Source: Welwitschia mirabilis
Taxonomy: Eukaryota
Assembly: GCA_051453625.1 (NCBI GenBank)
Contig: JBOZIK010000001.1
Span: 20,992,668-21,039,068 of the forward strand
Reading direction: 5' to 3'
Length of the DNA stretch: 46,401 nucleotides
Part shown: in pieces, positions 25,601 through 37,165 of the stretch
How positions within the stretch are numbered: the stretch's first letter is position 1
How the letters are laid out: the number at the start of each line of letters is the position of its first letter
Position numbers and translations under genes: made by a program
Notes under the pieces: generated by a model
Seen by the model: the letters and a program-made list of their open reading frames with translations, nothing else
The model's database searches: none
What the model was told of the DNA's origin: nothing

Positions 25601-26936
25601 TATTTATTATAGTACAGTTTTTAGAATTAAGCTAACTTTTTACTTAGATATCATACTTTCTTAGGGATAACATGAGGTATTGGTTTAGATTTATAGTACT
25701 TTAACTTTCAAAAAGATGGAAAAAGAAAGAAAAAAGAAGAAGAGAATAAAGTACATTATAGAGTTGGGTTGAAATTCATCTTAGAGGGGAGGAAAGTAAG
25801 CTAGCTTCAAGGTATCATCGACCTGTCCTAAGTAGTCCTTTACTTTAATGTTGTCCAATTGTCTTCTTGCAAAACAAAAAAACCATTAAGTTCTTTTGGT
25901 ATAATTTATGGGATATAATCTCCTCCAACATATGATAAATGATGAACTTAATCAATGCCTTTCTTGAATAACTATAGAAAGTGAGGACTTCTAAAGTACT
26001 CAAGATTTATGAAATTAAAAGACTAAGTGATAAAGAGAAGTTTACATAACTAAACTAAACTTGATAGTTAAAGAAATTACCTAAGCATTCTAATTATAAG
26101 TTTATCCATGAATTGAAATTAAAAGGAAAATAACTTTTACATTACAGAAAGAACAACTTTATAGCTCAAAAAGAAGAAAGTGAAAAAAAACTCCTCAAGT
26201 AATCCCTAAAGGCTAGCTCACTCCCCTAAAGAGTCACCTAGAAAGCCATCACAAGTCAAAAATTGAAAGTGCTATAATTTCTCTAAGGAAAAGATGAATA
26301 CAATGAAAGGTTCAAAGCCCTTTTATGAAGAGAGATGAGGGTGAAGAGTGATTACAAGCTCTTGGCTTATAGTGTTAAGTAGAATCTTCATTATTTAGCA
26401 TTAGGTAGATAGGATTTTGTCTTATAGAATTTGATGAAGATTATCTTATAGCATTAGGTAGATAAGATTTTGTCCTCTAGCATTAGGTAGAATCTTTGTC
26501 ATTTGGCATTTGATGAAGGTTATTTTGTAGTATTTGGTGGAGATTGTTATACAGTGTTAGGTGGAATCTTCATCATGATGAGTTCAACACATGTTCTTTG
26601 GAGGTGGATTTTTATTACCAACTGGTGCTATTGCCATATGTCTCTAGTGCCACTTCCACATACCTTTGCATATGTCTTCTAATGCTACTACTAGGTATCA
26701 TGACCTCAGGTCTTCATTGTTACTATTGTTTTGTACGTAATTGTATCCATCTTCTGTCATGTGCTCCAAAACAAGGCTAAAGATTCATAATTATCATGGA
26801 GAAAAATATAATATTAAGTTTTATTTTAAAAATAATAGAAGACATATTTCATGATTAAAAGAATTAAATTAATGTCTTTGTTTATAATAAATTAGCCTAA
26901 AACACTTGATATAATGTTAATTTTTGCATGTTAACA
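25601..26936 (-). repeat. 5' LTR (family A) of the Athila-like block
   Basis: TATTTATT (decayed TG)...TGTTAACA termini, homologous to 15869-17199. Contains an array of ~25-30-bp TAGCATT(A/T)G.T.GA units at ~26390-26570. Confidence 0.88.
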
Positions 26937-26987
26937 ATGAGGGATTTAAAATATAAATGACAACATCTTCTTGGTTGTGGTCAAGAT
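26937..26987 (+). mobile_element. LINE ORF2, piece 2
   Basis: ATGAGGGATTTAAAA ('MRDLK') is the expected I/L-R-D-L continuation after the PK..GGLG-like motif cut at 15868. Confidence 0.6.
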
Positions 26988-28074
26988 TGATAAATATAGA
27001 TCGACCCTAGAGGGGGATGAATAGGTCTTAAAGCCAATCTTCCTCCTCTTCAAAACCTATAAATAAAACAAACAAGTGTATAAAACACAAGTGCAAGATA
27101 TTTCAATGGTGGATAGACATCACCCTTCAGCCCCTTAGACCCCCTGTCCTTCCAACATCAGAAGATTATAAGGCTAATCCTTAACTAGAGAAGCAGGAAA
27201 GTAGGATGGATGCATTAATGCACAAATATACTTTCAATTGTACAACAATCTCTTCATAATACATGATAAAATGAGAGCCTCAAATAGAAATCTAAACTTA
27301 TAGCTCATTCAGATACAATAAAAGAATGGTGTAATAAGTTTTCTTCTTGTGTTCATTGATATGACAAAAAGGTCTTTTTTCCTTTTGATTTAAAGGAAAC
27401 TTAAATAGTGAAAGTACACAAGGTAACTGTTTGAGAGAAGGAAATGAACCATTATAAGATTTTGCACCTTTTGATGAACCATTAGAAATGTAATGGTTAC
27501 ATTTGTAATACATGCAGTCGACCCACGTATCTGATCACCCTTCTTTCTTTGCTTCGGTTGCCCTTATGTAAATGTGCGGTAGACCGTATTTTGGTTGCCC
27601 TTACTTTGATGAATCGGTCGATCCTGTGAGTGTATGTGGTCACCTATAAGTAAGTTGTTTGGTTGCCCTTGCTGTTTAGAGACTAAACTTTCACCGATTG
27701 TCATGTGGTCACCCGTGTAACACTAGGCAGTCACCCATACTATCATAAGACTAAACTTAGCAGATTATCATGCGATCGCCCTTGCATTTTTGAGCAGTCG
27801 CCGCCTTTATTCCAGTCTTTCAGAGAAGTTTCAACTAGGTCGCCTGAGTACTTGTGAATGGTCGTCCATGCTAGAACTGCTCTTCTTTTTGATGTATCAG
27901 TTTGGTCACCTGATAGGATATGATCGGTCACCAAAAATTGAAGTAGTCTTTTTAGTTCTTGATAGGTCGGTCACCCAAAGATATGAATTGGTCGCCCGGT
28001 GCTAGAAAATCTCTGCACAATTCACTAACTACAAAAAACTTATTAAATTAATTAATGACAATAGGTTCTCAACA
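26988..28074 (-). mobile_element. Sirevirus-type solo LTR
   Basis: Minus strand starts TGTTGAGAAC and ends CCTATTCATCCCCCTCTAGGGTCGATCTATATTTATCA (C-rich terminal signature). Contains many GGTC(G/A)CCC-type motifs at 27515-28000. No PBS or PPT flanks it. TSD is poor (AAGAT/AATAA). Confidence 0.8.
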
Positions 28075-28691
28075 AATAAATATTATTATTAAACTAAAAG
28101 TAAGAGGATCTGCATCATGGAAAAAGCTACTAAAGAGGAAATATAAGAGTTGAGAGCCAAGGTAAGGGATTCCTCCTTCTAGAAAGCCCTATGTAGATGA
28201 ATGGAAAGATTTGAAAAAAATCCTATCTAGTCCATCAATAAAGGGGATGTACCCTTTGGAAATTTTAATTTCATTGATAGTAAGAGCCCGTCAGAGGTCT
28301 TTAGATGAGAGGAGAGCTAGAATTTTTGGTAGAGAGGAAGCTTAAAAATTATTAAGATCTTTTGAGAAACTATTAGAAATAAGATAGAAAAATAAAAAAG
28401 GTAATCATAACCCTTTTAAAAAAATTTCAAGTATTAAATTTAGTGCCTAAGAAAAAGTACATCCAACTGATTAGCAGTAGGAGGATCTCTATAAGAGCAA
28501 TTCTTATAAAGAAGTATAATCACAATAAAAGCATGATAGACACTTGGGAAAAAGGATCCTCAAGTAAGTATGTGATCCTAAAATGGATTATCAAGAATAA
28601 TAGGGTATCAATAATGGTTGTTTGCATGACAAAATTAACATTTTAAGTAAGTATAATTAATTAATTTAACCTAGGGAAGGACACTTAATTT
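28075..28691 (+). mobile_element. LINE ORF2, piece 3 (post-RT region and start of zf-RVT)
   Basis: 'SWKKLLKRKY' (W..VL..KY), 'DSSF*KAL' (S..WK.I), 'DTWEKGSSSKYVILKWII' (W....P.K...F.W), 'NLGK'. Confidence 0.7.
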
Positions 28692-29803
28692 ATTGATTTA
28701 TCATAAAATAAGGTATTTTATCTTTTTAATTATGTTTTCATGAGATTATGAGTTTCTCATTAACATTAGTAGGTATATTATTGTCTTTTGAAGAACATGA
28801 AAAAAGATGAAAGAAATCCAGTAAATAATGTTGGTGTCATCGGACAGGACTACTAGCACTGCTAGCTTTCTAAGGATAGACTTCATCAAATTCATGTTCC
28901 TATAACATTTTGGAGAATTAAACATAATTAACTTATGGACTATGTTAGAAATAATACAACATGAATATAGCATAAATATTAAAATCTTATAATATATAAA
29001 GAAAGTACAAATCAACACACCACAGCTATATGTGATGATAACAAGGATGATCACATAGCACACACATGACATGGTATTCATTGGCAGCATCATCAGTAGT
29101 TAAAGGACACATCATTGTCATGTTTGCATATGAGGTTAAAGCATCTTTATTTATGGCTACATGCCAAATGTATTTGTAAATCCCTCCTTATGTAATTGCC
29201 CTTAAGTATCAGCCCTTATGTAATCGCCACCTAACAGAATAATGAATTAGACTCTAAGCCTCTTTCCTCATCTATAAAATGATCTTACCTATTATAAACA
29301 TCTTTTTATTATCTAAAGGTGGAGCATACTTGAAGGCTAGGATGTCATAGTGTTATAACACTCTTTCTTTGGGGCAGAATGATTTGAGGCTAATTGAGGA
29401 GTTCTTATTCTTCTCCTCCTTCATTGATGTAATGTATAATTTATTTTAGATTTTAACATAGAATGGTTTAAACCCTTTTATTATTAATTCATAATTTAGT
29501 TTGGTATTAGTAACATTTATGTAGGACCATTTTTAGAACTTATCTAAGCCCTTTCATTGTTATTGCATATTAATTTGGATTGGTAATATTTAGGTAGGAC
29601 TAATTCTAAGTGTGTTTCATACTTTTATTATTATTATTACATATTAACTTGAATTAGAAATTTTTAGGTGGATCTCACTTAATTTTTAAGTTTTAAGATA
29701 TAGGAAAGATTAAAGTGAAGGAGGAGAGTTGGATTAATCAGTAGATCTTTAGATCATTTCCATTTCCTTGCATCATCAATCAAAGATTACTTCTTTTCTC
29801 TCA
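28692..29803 (+). mobile_element. Probable solo LTR (family C); orientation tentative
   Basis: About 1.1-kb non-coding insert ending TCTCTCA, flanked by AATTT at 28687-28691 and 29804-29808. Its 3' 600 bp recurs at ~39820-40383. The 5' TG is not intact. Confidence 0.55.
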
Positions 29804-29884
29804 AATTTCTAATTTTTAATGTTGTTTGAGTTTTCATTATAAGTTAGAATAATCTTATATCTTTTGATTAAATTTGCCTCGTAT
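29804..29884 (+). mobile_element. LINE ORF2, piece 4 (zf-RVT Cys/His region, very decayed)
   Basis: 'CCLSFHYKLE*S' and 'YLLIK' sit where C..C....E...HL is expected. The assignment rests mainly on position between pieces 3 and 5. Confidence 0.4.
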
Positions 29885-31437
29885 TGTTAGAATATGTTTT
29901 ACCAATTAATATTAAAATAATATTTCTTATGTAGAAAATTTTTTGTATCTTGTGCAGAAAATGTTAACCATTTGCAGGTTAGATGCTAAAGTCATGAATG
30001 TCAAAATCTAATTATTAGAAACCTGTCAAGTTCACTTACCTTCTTGAGGGGTCGACCGGACTTTCAAGGAGTTGACCGCATCTGGAGCATACTCTCAAAA
30101 TTGAACTGAATTCAAAGAGATTAATCGGATTTCTAAGGGATCAACTGCACCTATGATATTAAGAGTGAGTATCCCTAAACCAAATGATGAGGGGTCGACA
30201 GGACCTATGATGGGGTCGACCAGATTTTTAGACCTAAGAATAGTATCCCTGAACTAAATATCAAGGGATTGACTGAACCTATTATGGGGTCGACTAGATC
30301 TATGAACCTGAGAATAGTACTCCTAAACCCATTGTCAAGGGGTCGATCAGACCTTTGAAGAGATCGACCGGACCTGAGAAGTATGTAGTTGATATCCCTA
30401 AGCCAATCATCATGGGATCTACCAGATACCTGAAGGGGTCACTTGATGCAAGAAATTGAAATATCTTTTATTAGGACTAGCAGACGACTAGACAGAATTA
30501 TGGGTGATTGGATGGGGGTCGATCGGACCCTGAGGAGTCAATTGAACATGGAGTCGTAAGAAACTAGGGTAATAAAAAACTTCACTCGGGTGATCTGTGT
30601 AAGTAACGACACAAGAAGGGGCCGACCGGACTTTTGAGAGGCTAACTGATGGGAACAGAATTAAAATTTTTTATCTGTTGTATATCTATTAGATATTTAT
30701 TTTCTAGCTATTTATAGCCATTAGAAGTGCATTTTTAATTGTAATAAACCCTAAAAGACTTCAAATATAAATAGCTATAAGAGAGATGATCAAAAAAACT
30801 TTTGGAAGCTTGATCAAAAGATTAAATATTGTGGTATTTACTATAGCATCTTGGCATTGTACTTCTGATCAAAAACAATCTATTATGTATTGTATCTATA
30901 CATTTAATATTAGATCTAGTGCTTTATTTGTTGTATTATCTACAGGAAAAAAGCTCCACCAAAATCATTGTATCAAAGAACGAGTGATATCTTTGCATTT
31001 TGGTATTATTTCATCACTATCTTACATTGTAAAAGATTGAAACTTAGCCTATAAAAGTCTATTGAAAGGTTAAGACTTAGCCTACAAAAGTTTGTTGGAA
31101 AGGTTAAGACTTAGCGTGTAAAAGTCTGTTTGTAAAGTTTATAGGTAAACCTGTAATATCTAAAAGAGTGATAAAGGTCCAGATCATGCTTGGTGATAAG
31201 CTAATCATTGAGAGTGGAGTAGTGGGTTTCCTTAACCACTATAAAATCCTATGTGCATTTATTCGGTATTTTATGCTTTTTATTAGTTTTATTACTTTGA
31301 ATACTTTTAGTTTCTCTTTTCATGTATGGATTTATTAGCAATTTATTGTGATTAAGTTTTTGTTATATCATGAGTTTTATTTAGTTAATTTTTAAAGAAC
31401 CTATTCACACCTTCCCCAAGACTTTTCGATCTTATCA
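29885..31437 (+). repeat. 5' LTR of the Sirevirus-type element
   Basis: TGTTAGAATATG...CCTATTCACACC...CTTATCA, with a GGGGTCGACCGGA motif array at 30048-30650 and TATAAATAG at ~30765. Confidence 0.92.
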
Positions 31438-31499
31438 ATTGGTATCATAGCTAAGTTATGTCCATTATTAGATTTTAATCAATATAATCTCTAGAACCC

Positions 31500-33467
31500 A
31501 AATATGAGAAATCCCTCTATTGATTTATCAAATATGTCTTTCTTAGACATCTATATGCTTATTTGTATATTCTAGATAGTATGTGGATATATTTTCAAAT
31601 AGATTGCAAATAGTGGAAATGAAAAAAAGTTAAGTAAAAGTGATAAAATATTATTTCAAAAATTTGATAAAGTCAGGAGATCTTCTTTCATAGAAATTGT
31701 ACCTCCTTTACATAATTTGCCCAACATATCAAGTAATGATGATTTTGATATGATTAATGAAGAATAGAATGAGCTAGAAGACACTTATCAAGAACTATAC
31801 CTAGAATGTGTAAAGTTGGCTAAAAGAATAAATGATATAAACAAGATTTTAAAATCTCTCATCAAGTAAAAGGAGGAAATGGAATTAATATTTAAGAGGA
31901 TCAAATCTAAAAACTCTAATATCACCCTTTAGGTAAAAGAGTTATCTTATTTTATTGATAATTTTTTTGGTAGTTATCTTAAATTAGAATAGATGCTTAG
32001 AGTACAAAAACTTATTGGTGACAAGTCAGGTATTGGGTTCATCTCATAAAAACATTAAAAGTAGAAAAATTAGGTAACATGGCAAATTAAGTTCTTTTCA
32101 AATATTACTTATCATTTCTATGAAAAAATTGGTCACTCAAAACCTTTTTGCAATGCTAGAAAATTAATGTTGTTCTCAAATGTGTTGGTACTTTTTCTTT
32201 TAAATTCATCATAAAAGGAGATGTATTACATAAGTCTAAAAAGATTATGTGGGTGAAAGTTGATGATATTAAAAGTTTTTTAATTTAAACAGCTTTCAAG
32301 GTTTCAAATAACAGTGGATGCTTAAGGCATATGACAAGCGACAAATCTAGATTCAAGCAATTAAGCAACTTTGATGGAGGAGAGGTGACTTTTGATGATA
32401 ATGGAAGAGCAAAAATAGAAGGCATTAGAAGCATTAGTGGAGATAACCTTTCTAGAATTAATAAAGTTTTGTATGTAAATGGTTTAAAGCATTGTTTATT
32501 AAGCATTAGTCAAATTTATTACAAAGTTCACAAGGTAGTATTTTTAATAAATCAAAATGTAAAATATTACATGGGAAATCTAATGATGTAATTCTTAGAG
32601 CAAGTAGAATAGATAAAGTATATAGCATAGCTCAATTATTTTCTCCATGTTATTTTTCAAATGTTCCTCGAGAAGAGCTTTGGCTTAAACTATTTAGATC
32701 ATGTTAATTATGATCAGTTGAAAATGATTATTCATAAAAACATTTTAAAAGGTATCTCTAAGATAAATGTACAAAAAGAAAGCTTATGTGATGCATGCCA
32801 AAAGGGAAAACAAATAAGGATTTCACATAAAAGTTAAAACTAGAATTCCACATATATGCCATTAGAGCTTATCCATATGAATGTTATTTTCTCACTATGG
32901 ATGATGATTTCTCTAGATATACTTGGGTAGCCTTCCTGTCAAACAAGTTTAAAGCTTACAAACATTAGATTGAGATATGCAAAAAGATTTAAAACAAAAA
33001 AGGGTATACCATAAACAAAATAAGAAGTGATTATGGTGATGAATTTGAAAATTATTTTTTTGAGAAATATTGCATTTATAATGGAATTGATCATCAATTT
33101 TCATCCCCAAAATTACCACAACAAAATAGTATAGCTGAAAAAGAAGATAGTTCACTAAAAAATGGCATGAACTATGTTAAATGGTAAGGAGGTCCATAAA
33201 TCTTTTTAGGCTAAGGCAATTAGCATATCATGCTACATTATTAATAGAGTATATCTTAGGTCCAATATAAATAAAACATCATATGAGTTATGAAAAGGAA
33301 AACAACCTAATGTATCATATTTTAAAATCTTCAGAAGTAAATACTTTGTGTTAAAAGATAGAGAACATTTGAGCAAATTTGAGTCTAAAGTAGATGAAGC
33401 AATTTTTTTGGATTACTTAACTAGAAGTATAGCCTATCATGTTTTCAACAAGAGTAGTTTAACGATA
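31500..33467 (+). pseudogene. Decayed copia gag (internally deleted), protease and integrase, copy 1
   Basis: 'LE*MLRVQKLIGDKSGIGF', 'SGCLRHMTSDKSRF', 'VLYVNGLKHCLLSISQ', 'CDACQKGKQ', 'PLELIHM', 'DDFSRYTWVAFL', 'IRSDYGDEFEN', 'PQQN', 'CYIINRVYLR', 'LSKFESKVDEAIFL'. Confidence 0.92.
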
Positions 33468-33567
33468 NNNNNNNNNNNNNNNNNNNNNNNNNNNNNNNNN
33501 NNNNNNNNNNNNNNNNNNNNNNNNNNNNNNNNNNNNNNNNNNNNNNNNNNNNNNNNNNNNNNNNNNN

Positions 33568-35180
33568 AGTGACTCTCCTAGCTAAAAGATTCAGGAAGTT
33601 TCTACATAAAGGAAAAAAGAAGGTAAGTCAAGTAGAAGCTCGAAAAGAAGTCATCTGAAATATAAGAAGGAAAAAGATAAAAGTAAAGAAATTCAATGCT
33701 ACTCATGCAAAGGATTTGGTCATATAGAAAATAAGTGCCCAAACACTAGAAGAGATTATAGAAAATCAAGGAATTCTTCTTTTATTGCAACATGGAATAA
33801 TGAGGATGAGGATGATAACAGTAGTTTAGGTCAAGAGTCAGATAGAGATAGAAGATTATCCTTCATGGTAATTATGCCTTCTCTCAAGAACTTACCTAGT
33901 AAATTAGAGCCTTACCTAGTACATTAGAGCTTGATGACTTAGACATAATTGATGAATAACAGGATGAGCTAGAGGATATGTGTCATAAACTATATGAAGA
34001 ATGTGAAAAGCTAGTAAAAAAGATAAATGATTTAAACAAAGTAGTAAAATCCCTCATCAAAGAGAATAAGGAAATAGAAACGAAGTACAATTTGCTAAAA
34101 TTTGAAAAATCTAATCTTTTGTCACAGGTTAAAGATCTATCTTTCTTTGTTAATAAATTTTCTAGTAATTCTTCTAAGTTAGAATAGATGCTTAGAGTTC
34201 AGAAACCTACTGGAGAAAAATTAGGTATTGGCTTTATTTTTTAAAATCCATAAGAATAGGTAAATAGGTAATGTTAGTCTACTTCTAGAGTCTCTTATAA
34301 TTTTTGTGGTAAAGTTGGATATTTAAAATTATTTTGCAATACTAGGAAATTAATGCTTTTTCTAGATTCACTGAATTCTTTATCACTTAAATTTATTCCT
34401 AAAAGAAATGTACCACATAAGTATAACAAAGCTAAGTGAGTAAGAGCTAATAATCTTAAAAGTCTTGTAACACAGACAACTATTAAAGAATCAAGCACAA
34501 ATAGCTGGTACTTAGATAGTGGATGCTCAAGATACATGATGGGAGAAAGATCAAATTTTCAACACTTGAGAAGTATTAATGAAGAAGATGTTACTTTGAA
34601 AATAATAAAAAGGCAAGAATAGAAGGTATAAGATGCATCAAATAAGGTAAGTTATCTAAACTTAATGATGTATTATATGTGAATAGTTTGAAGCATAACT
34701 TATTAAGTATTAGCCAATTATGTGACAAAAATCACAAAACAGTTTTTAAAAAATCAAAGTATGAANNNNNNNNNNNNNNNNNNNNNNNNNNNNNNNNNNN
34801 NNNNNNNNNNNNNNNNNNNNNNNNNNNNNNNNNNNNNNNNNNNNNNNNNNNNNNNNNNNNNNNNNGCATAACTTATTAAGTATTAGCCAATTATGTGACA
34901 AAAATCACAAAACAGTTTTTAAAAAATCAAAGTATGAAATGGTACATGTGAAATTAAATGTTGTTTTCCTTACAGCAAATCGAGTAGATAATGTTTATAG
35001 AATAGATACTCATGTGAATTTATGCAATGATCAATTAAACCATGTGAATTACAACATTAAAAATGGAAACATTAACTTGAGTTTTATTAAAACTAAATGA
35101 TTTCTAGAAAATACTAATGTGAAACCCCATTTACTCAACTTTCTTATTGATCACAAACATGAATTGGGGTTAACTCACTG
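33568..35180 (+). pseudogene. Decayed copia gag and protease, copy 2, fused to the RNase H C-terminus
   Basis: 'LLAKRFRKFL', zinc knuckle 'CYSCKGFGHIENKC', 'LE*MLRVQKPTGEKLGIGF', 'WYLDSGCSRYM', 'LKHNLLSISQLCDK', then directly 'GNINLSFIKTK*FLENTNVKP...ELG' (RNase H end) at ~35060-35175. Confidence 0.85.
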
Positions 35181-35452
35181 TCCTCTGGCTAATTGCAGGA
35201 TATGATCGGTCGACCGGTCTGCATCCGAACCTCTTCCTGTACTATAGACCTACATCTCAAGGGGTCGANNNNNNNNNNNNNNNNNNNNNNNNNNNNNNNN
35301 NNNNNNNNNNNNNNNNNNNNNNNNNNNNNNNNNNNNNNNNNNNNNNNNNNNNNNNNNNNNNNNNNNNNNNNNNNNNNNNNNNNNNNNNNNNNNNNNNNNN
35401 NNNNNNNNNNNNNNNNNNNNNNNNNNNNNNNNNNNNNNNNNNNNNNNNNNNN

Positions 35453-35514
<62 letters not shown>

Positions 35515-35529
35515 ACACACACACACACA
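35453..35529. repeat. (AC)n microsatellite
   Basis: Long AC run with one AGAG interruption, next to an N-gap. Confidence 0.97.
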
Positions 35530-35628
35530 GATCTAGAGGTTTTTCTACAAGATCCAGAGCTTTGCTCTTAAATCTAGCTATTTTCTGTTGTTTTTTTCTT
35601 GCTTCCAAGCTCTTGAGGAAAGGCTAAA

Positions 35629-36545
35629 ATGGCTAAAAGTTCTTTAAGAAAGAGAGTTAAGGAAACTCTGACAAGAGATCTTATTGTCTTCTACTAAGGG
35701 ATGTCTGAGAAAGATATTGATAATTTTTCAGAGATGTTCGAAAATAAGCCTATATATTAAGAATGGTCTATGGCTGCCTTAGAGCTTAGAGAGCTCAAGG
35801 AGGGTGATTTAGCTCCTGAGAAATCAGAATATTGACTATTTCCTTGATGTTTTTGATTTTGCTTATCGTTTTCTTACTTGTATGTTTTATTGTAATGCAA
35901 CTTATGATAATGATTCAAGAACTCTTGAAACCCTTAATTTTTGGAAATAGTTGAGGTTGACTATGAAGATTTTTGGCCTCTTCTTAATACCATGGAAGAT
36001 AAGCTAGCAGTGATAAGGGAGATCTGTGATAAGACTCACACTTAGAAACACACCATTTTCACTTCCTTGCTTACATTCAAATATAATGTTCTTCATTTAA
36101 TCTTTACTTGTAATTTTTTTTCATTAGTGAGTCATCATGATGAGGCCTCCAGCTCAAAGAATATGGTCTCTTAGTTGGAGTATCATAGGACTAGGGCCTA
36201 CCCTATTCTATGCTTATCACAAATTTCTATCATCATTTTTGTGTACCTTTTCATCCTAAACTTGAAACATTCCAATGCATGGCACCCATTAAATGTGCAA
36301 AGATATCTTGCATGCACATCTTTGTAACTTTCAAAAAGTCCTCAAAATCACCCTTTGTGAAGGAAGCCTCTCCTAATAAGACTCTTTCATACCTGAGACG
36401 GATCGATTCCTATACCAGGCATATGAAGGAAGCCCTTACTTCAACAGAAGCCACTAGCTTAGCATGCACAAGAGAAGATGAAGAAGAAGAACATTCAAAA
36501 AAAGATTCTGAAGAGGAGGAAGAAGAAGAAAAGGAATCTGATTAA
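35629..36545 (+). pseudogene. Decayed Sirevirus extra ('env-like') ORF with an acidic C-terminus
   Basis: From ATG 35629 'MAKSSLRKRVKE', then 'AYRFLTCMFYCN', 'NVLHLIFTCNFFSLVSHHDEA', 'ALPYSMLITNF' and an E/D-rich tail. It lies between pol and the multi-PPT region. Confidence 0.65.
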
Positions 36546-37165
36546 AATTTTTTATTTGATTATTTTTTTACTTGTGTGCTTTTGTTCTCTCCTTTGTCAT
36601 TGATATCAAAAGGAGGAGAATTAGTTGTATGTCTCTTTGTTGCTTATGCTTTCAGATGTAGTATATTCTTAATGAGAAGTTTTACTTTGTACTCCTTATG
36701 TTTAATGAAATAAAAATGTACTTGTTCTATACTCTCAAATTTGTGTTAAAATCCATGTCTCAAATTTTTAAAGTGCAAATCATATTGCTATATGAACTTC
36801 AAATGTCTAATGTATTAAATATTAAGGATCCAAATAATGTTTATCTTATATTTGCAAAGAATTTCAACTGTCTAAAATATTGTATGGTGTTATTTTATAT
36901 TTTCAATAAATGTCAATGATCAAAGTGATAAACATTATGTGATCAAAATATGCTTTTCATAAATATTATATTTTTAACTATCTAAATGTGCATCTTAAAT
37001 TATTTTTATTTTAGCACAAAATTAGACTTATCGAAATGTATTGAATGAGTTTCAAAGGGTTAATATTTTGTAAAGAATGATAGGCATTTTGTGAGGGGGA
37101 GTTTTTTTCAATTTAAATATTTTTACAACTAACTATTGTTTGCCATTAATGTTGAAGGAGGAGAT

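Larger units (their letters stand above)
15869..26936 (-). mobile_element. Athila-like Ty3/gypsy block with three LTRs; no RT or integrase visible
   Basis: Outer LTRs 15869-17199 and 25601-26936 are homologous along their length. Two decayed Athila-type PBSs, two PPT-like junctions, gag-protease and an extra ORF all read on the minus strand. LINE sequence continues on both sides. Confidence 0.85.

Noticed and set aside
30048..30650. Regularly spaced palindromic repeats resembling a CRISPR array
   Set aside because: Eukaryotic LTR context, short degenerate motifs, spacers related to each other, and no cas genes.
35189..35627. CVCVCV / HTHTHT ORFs
   Set aside because: They are translations of the (AC)n microsatellite plus a gap.
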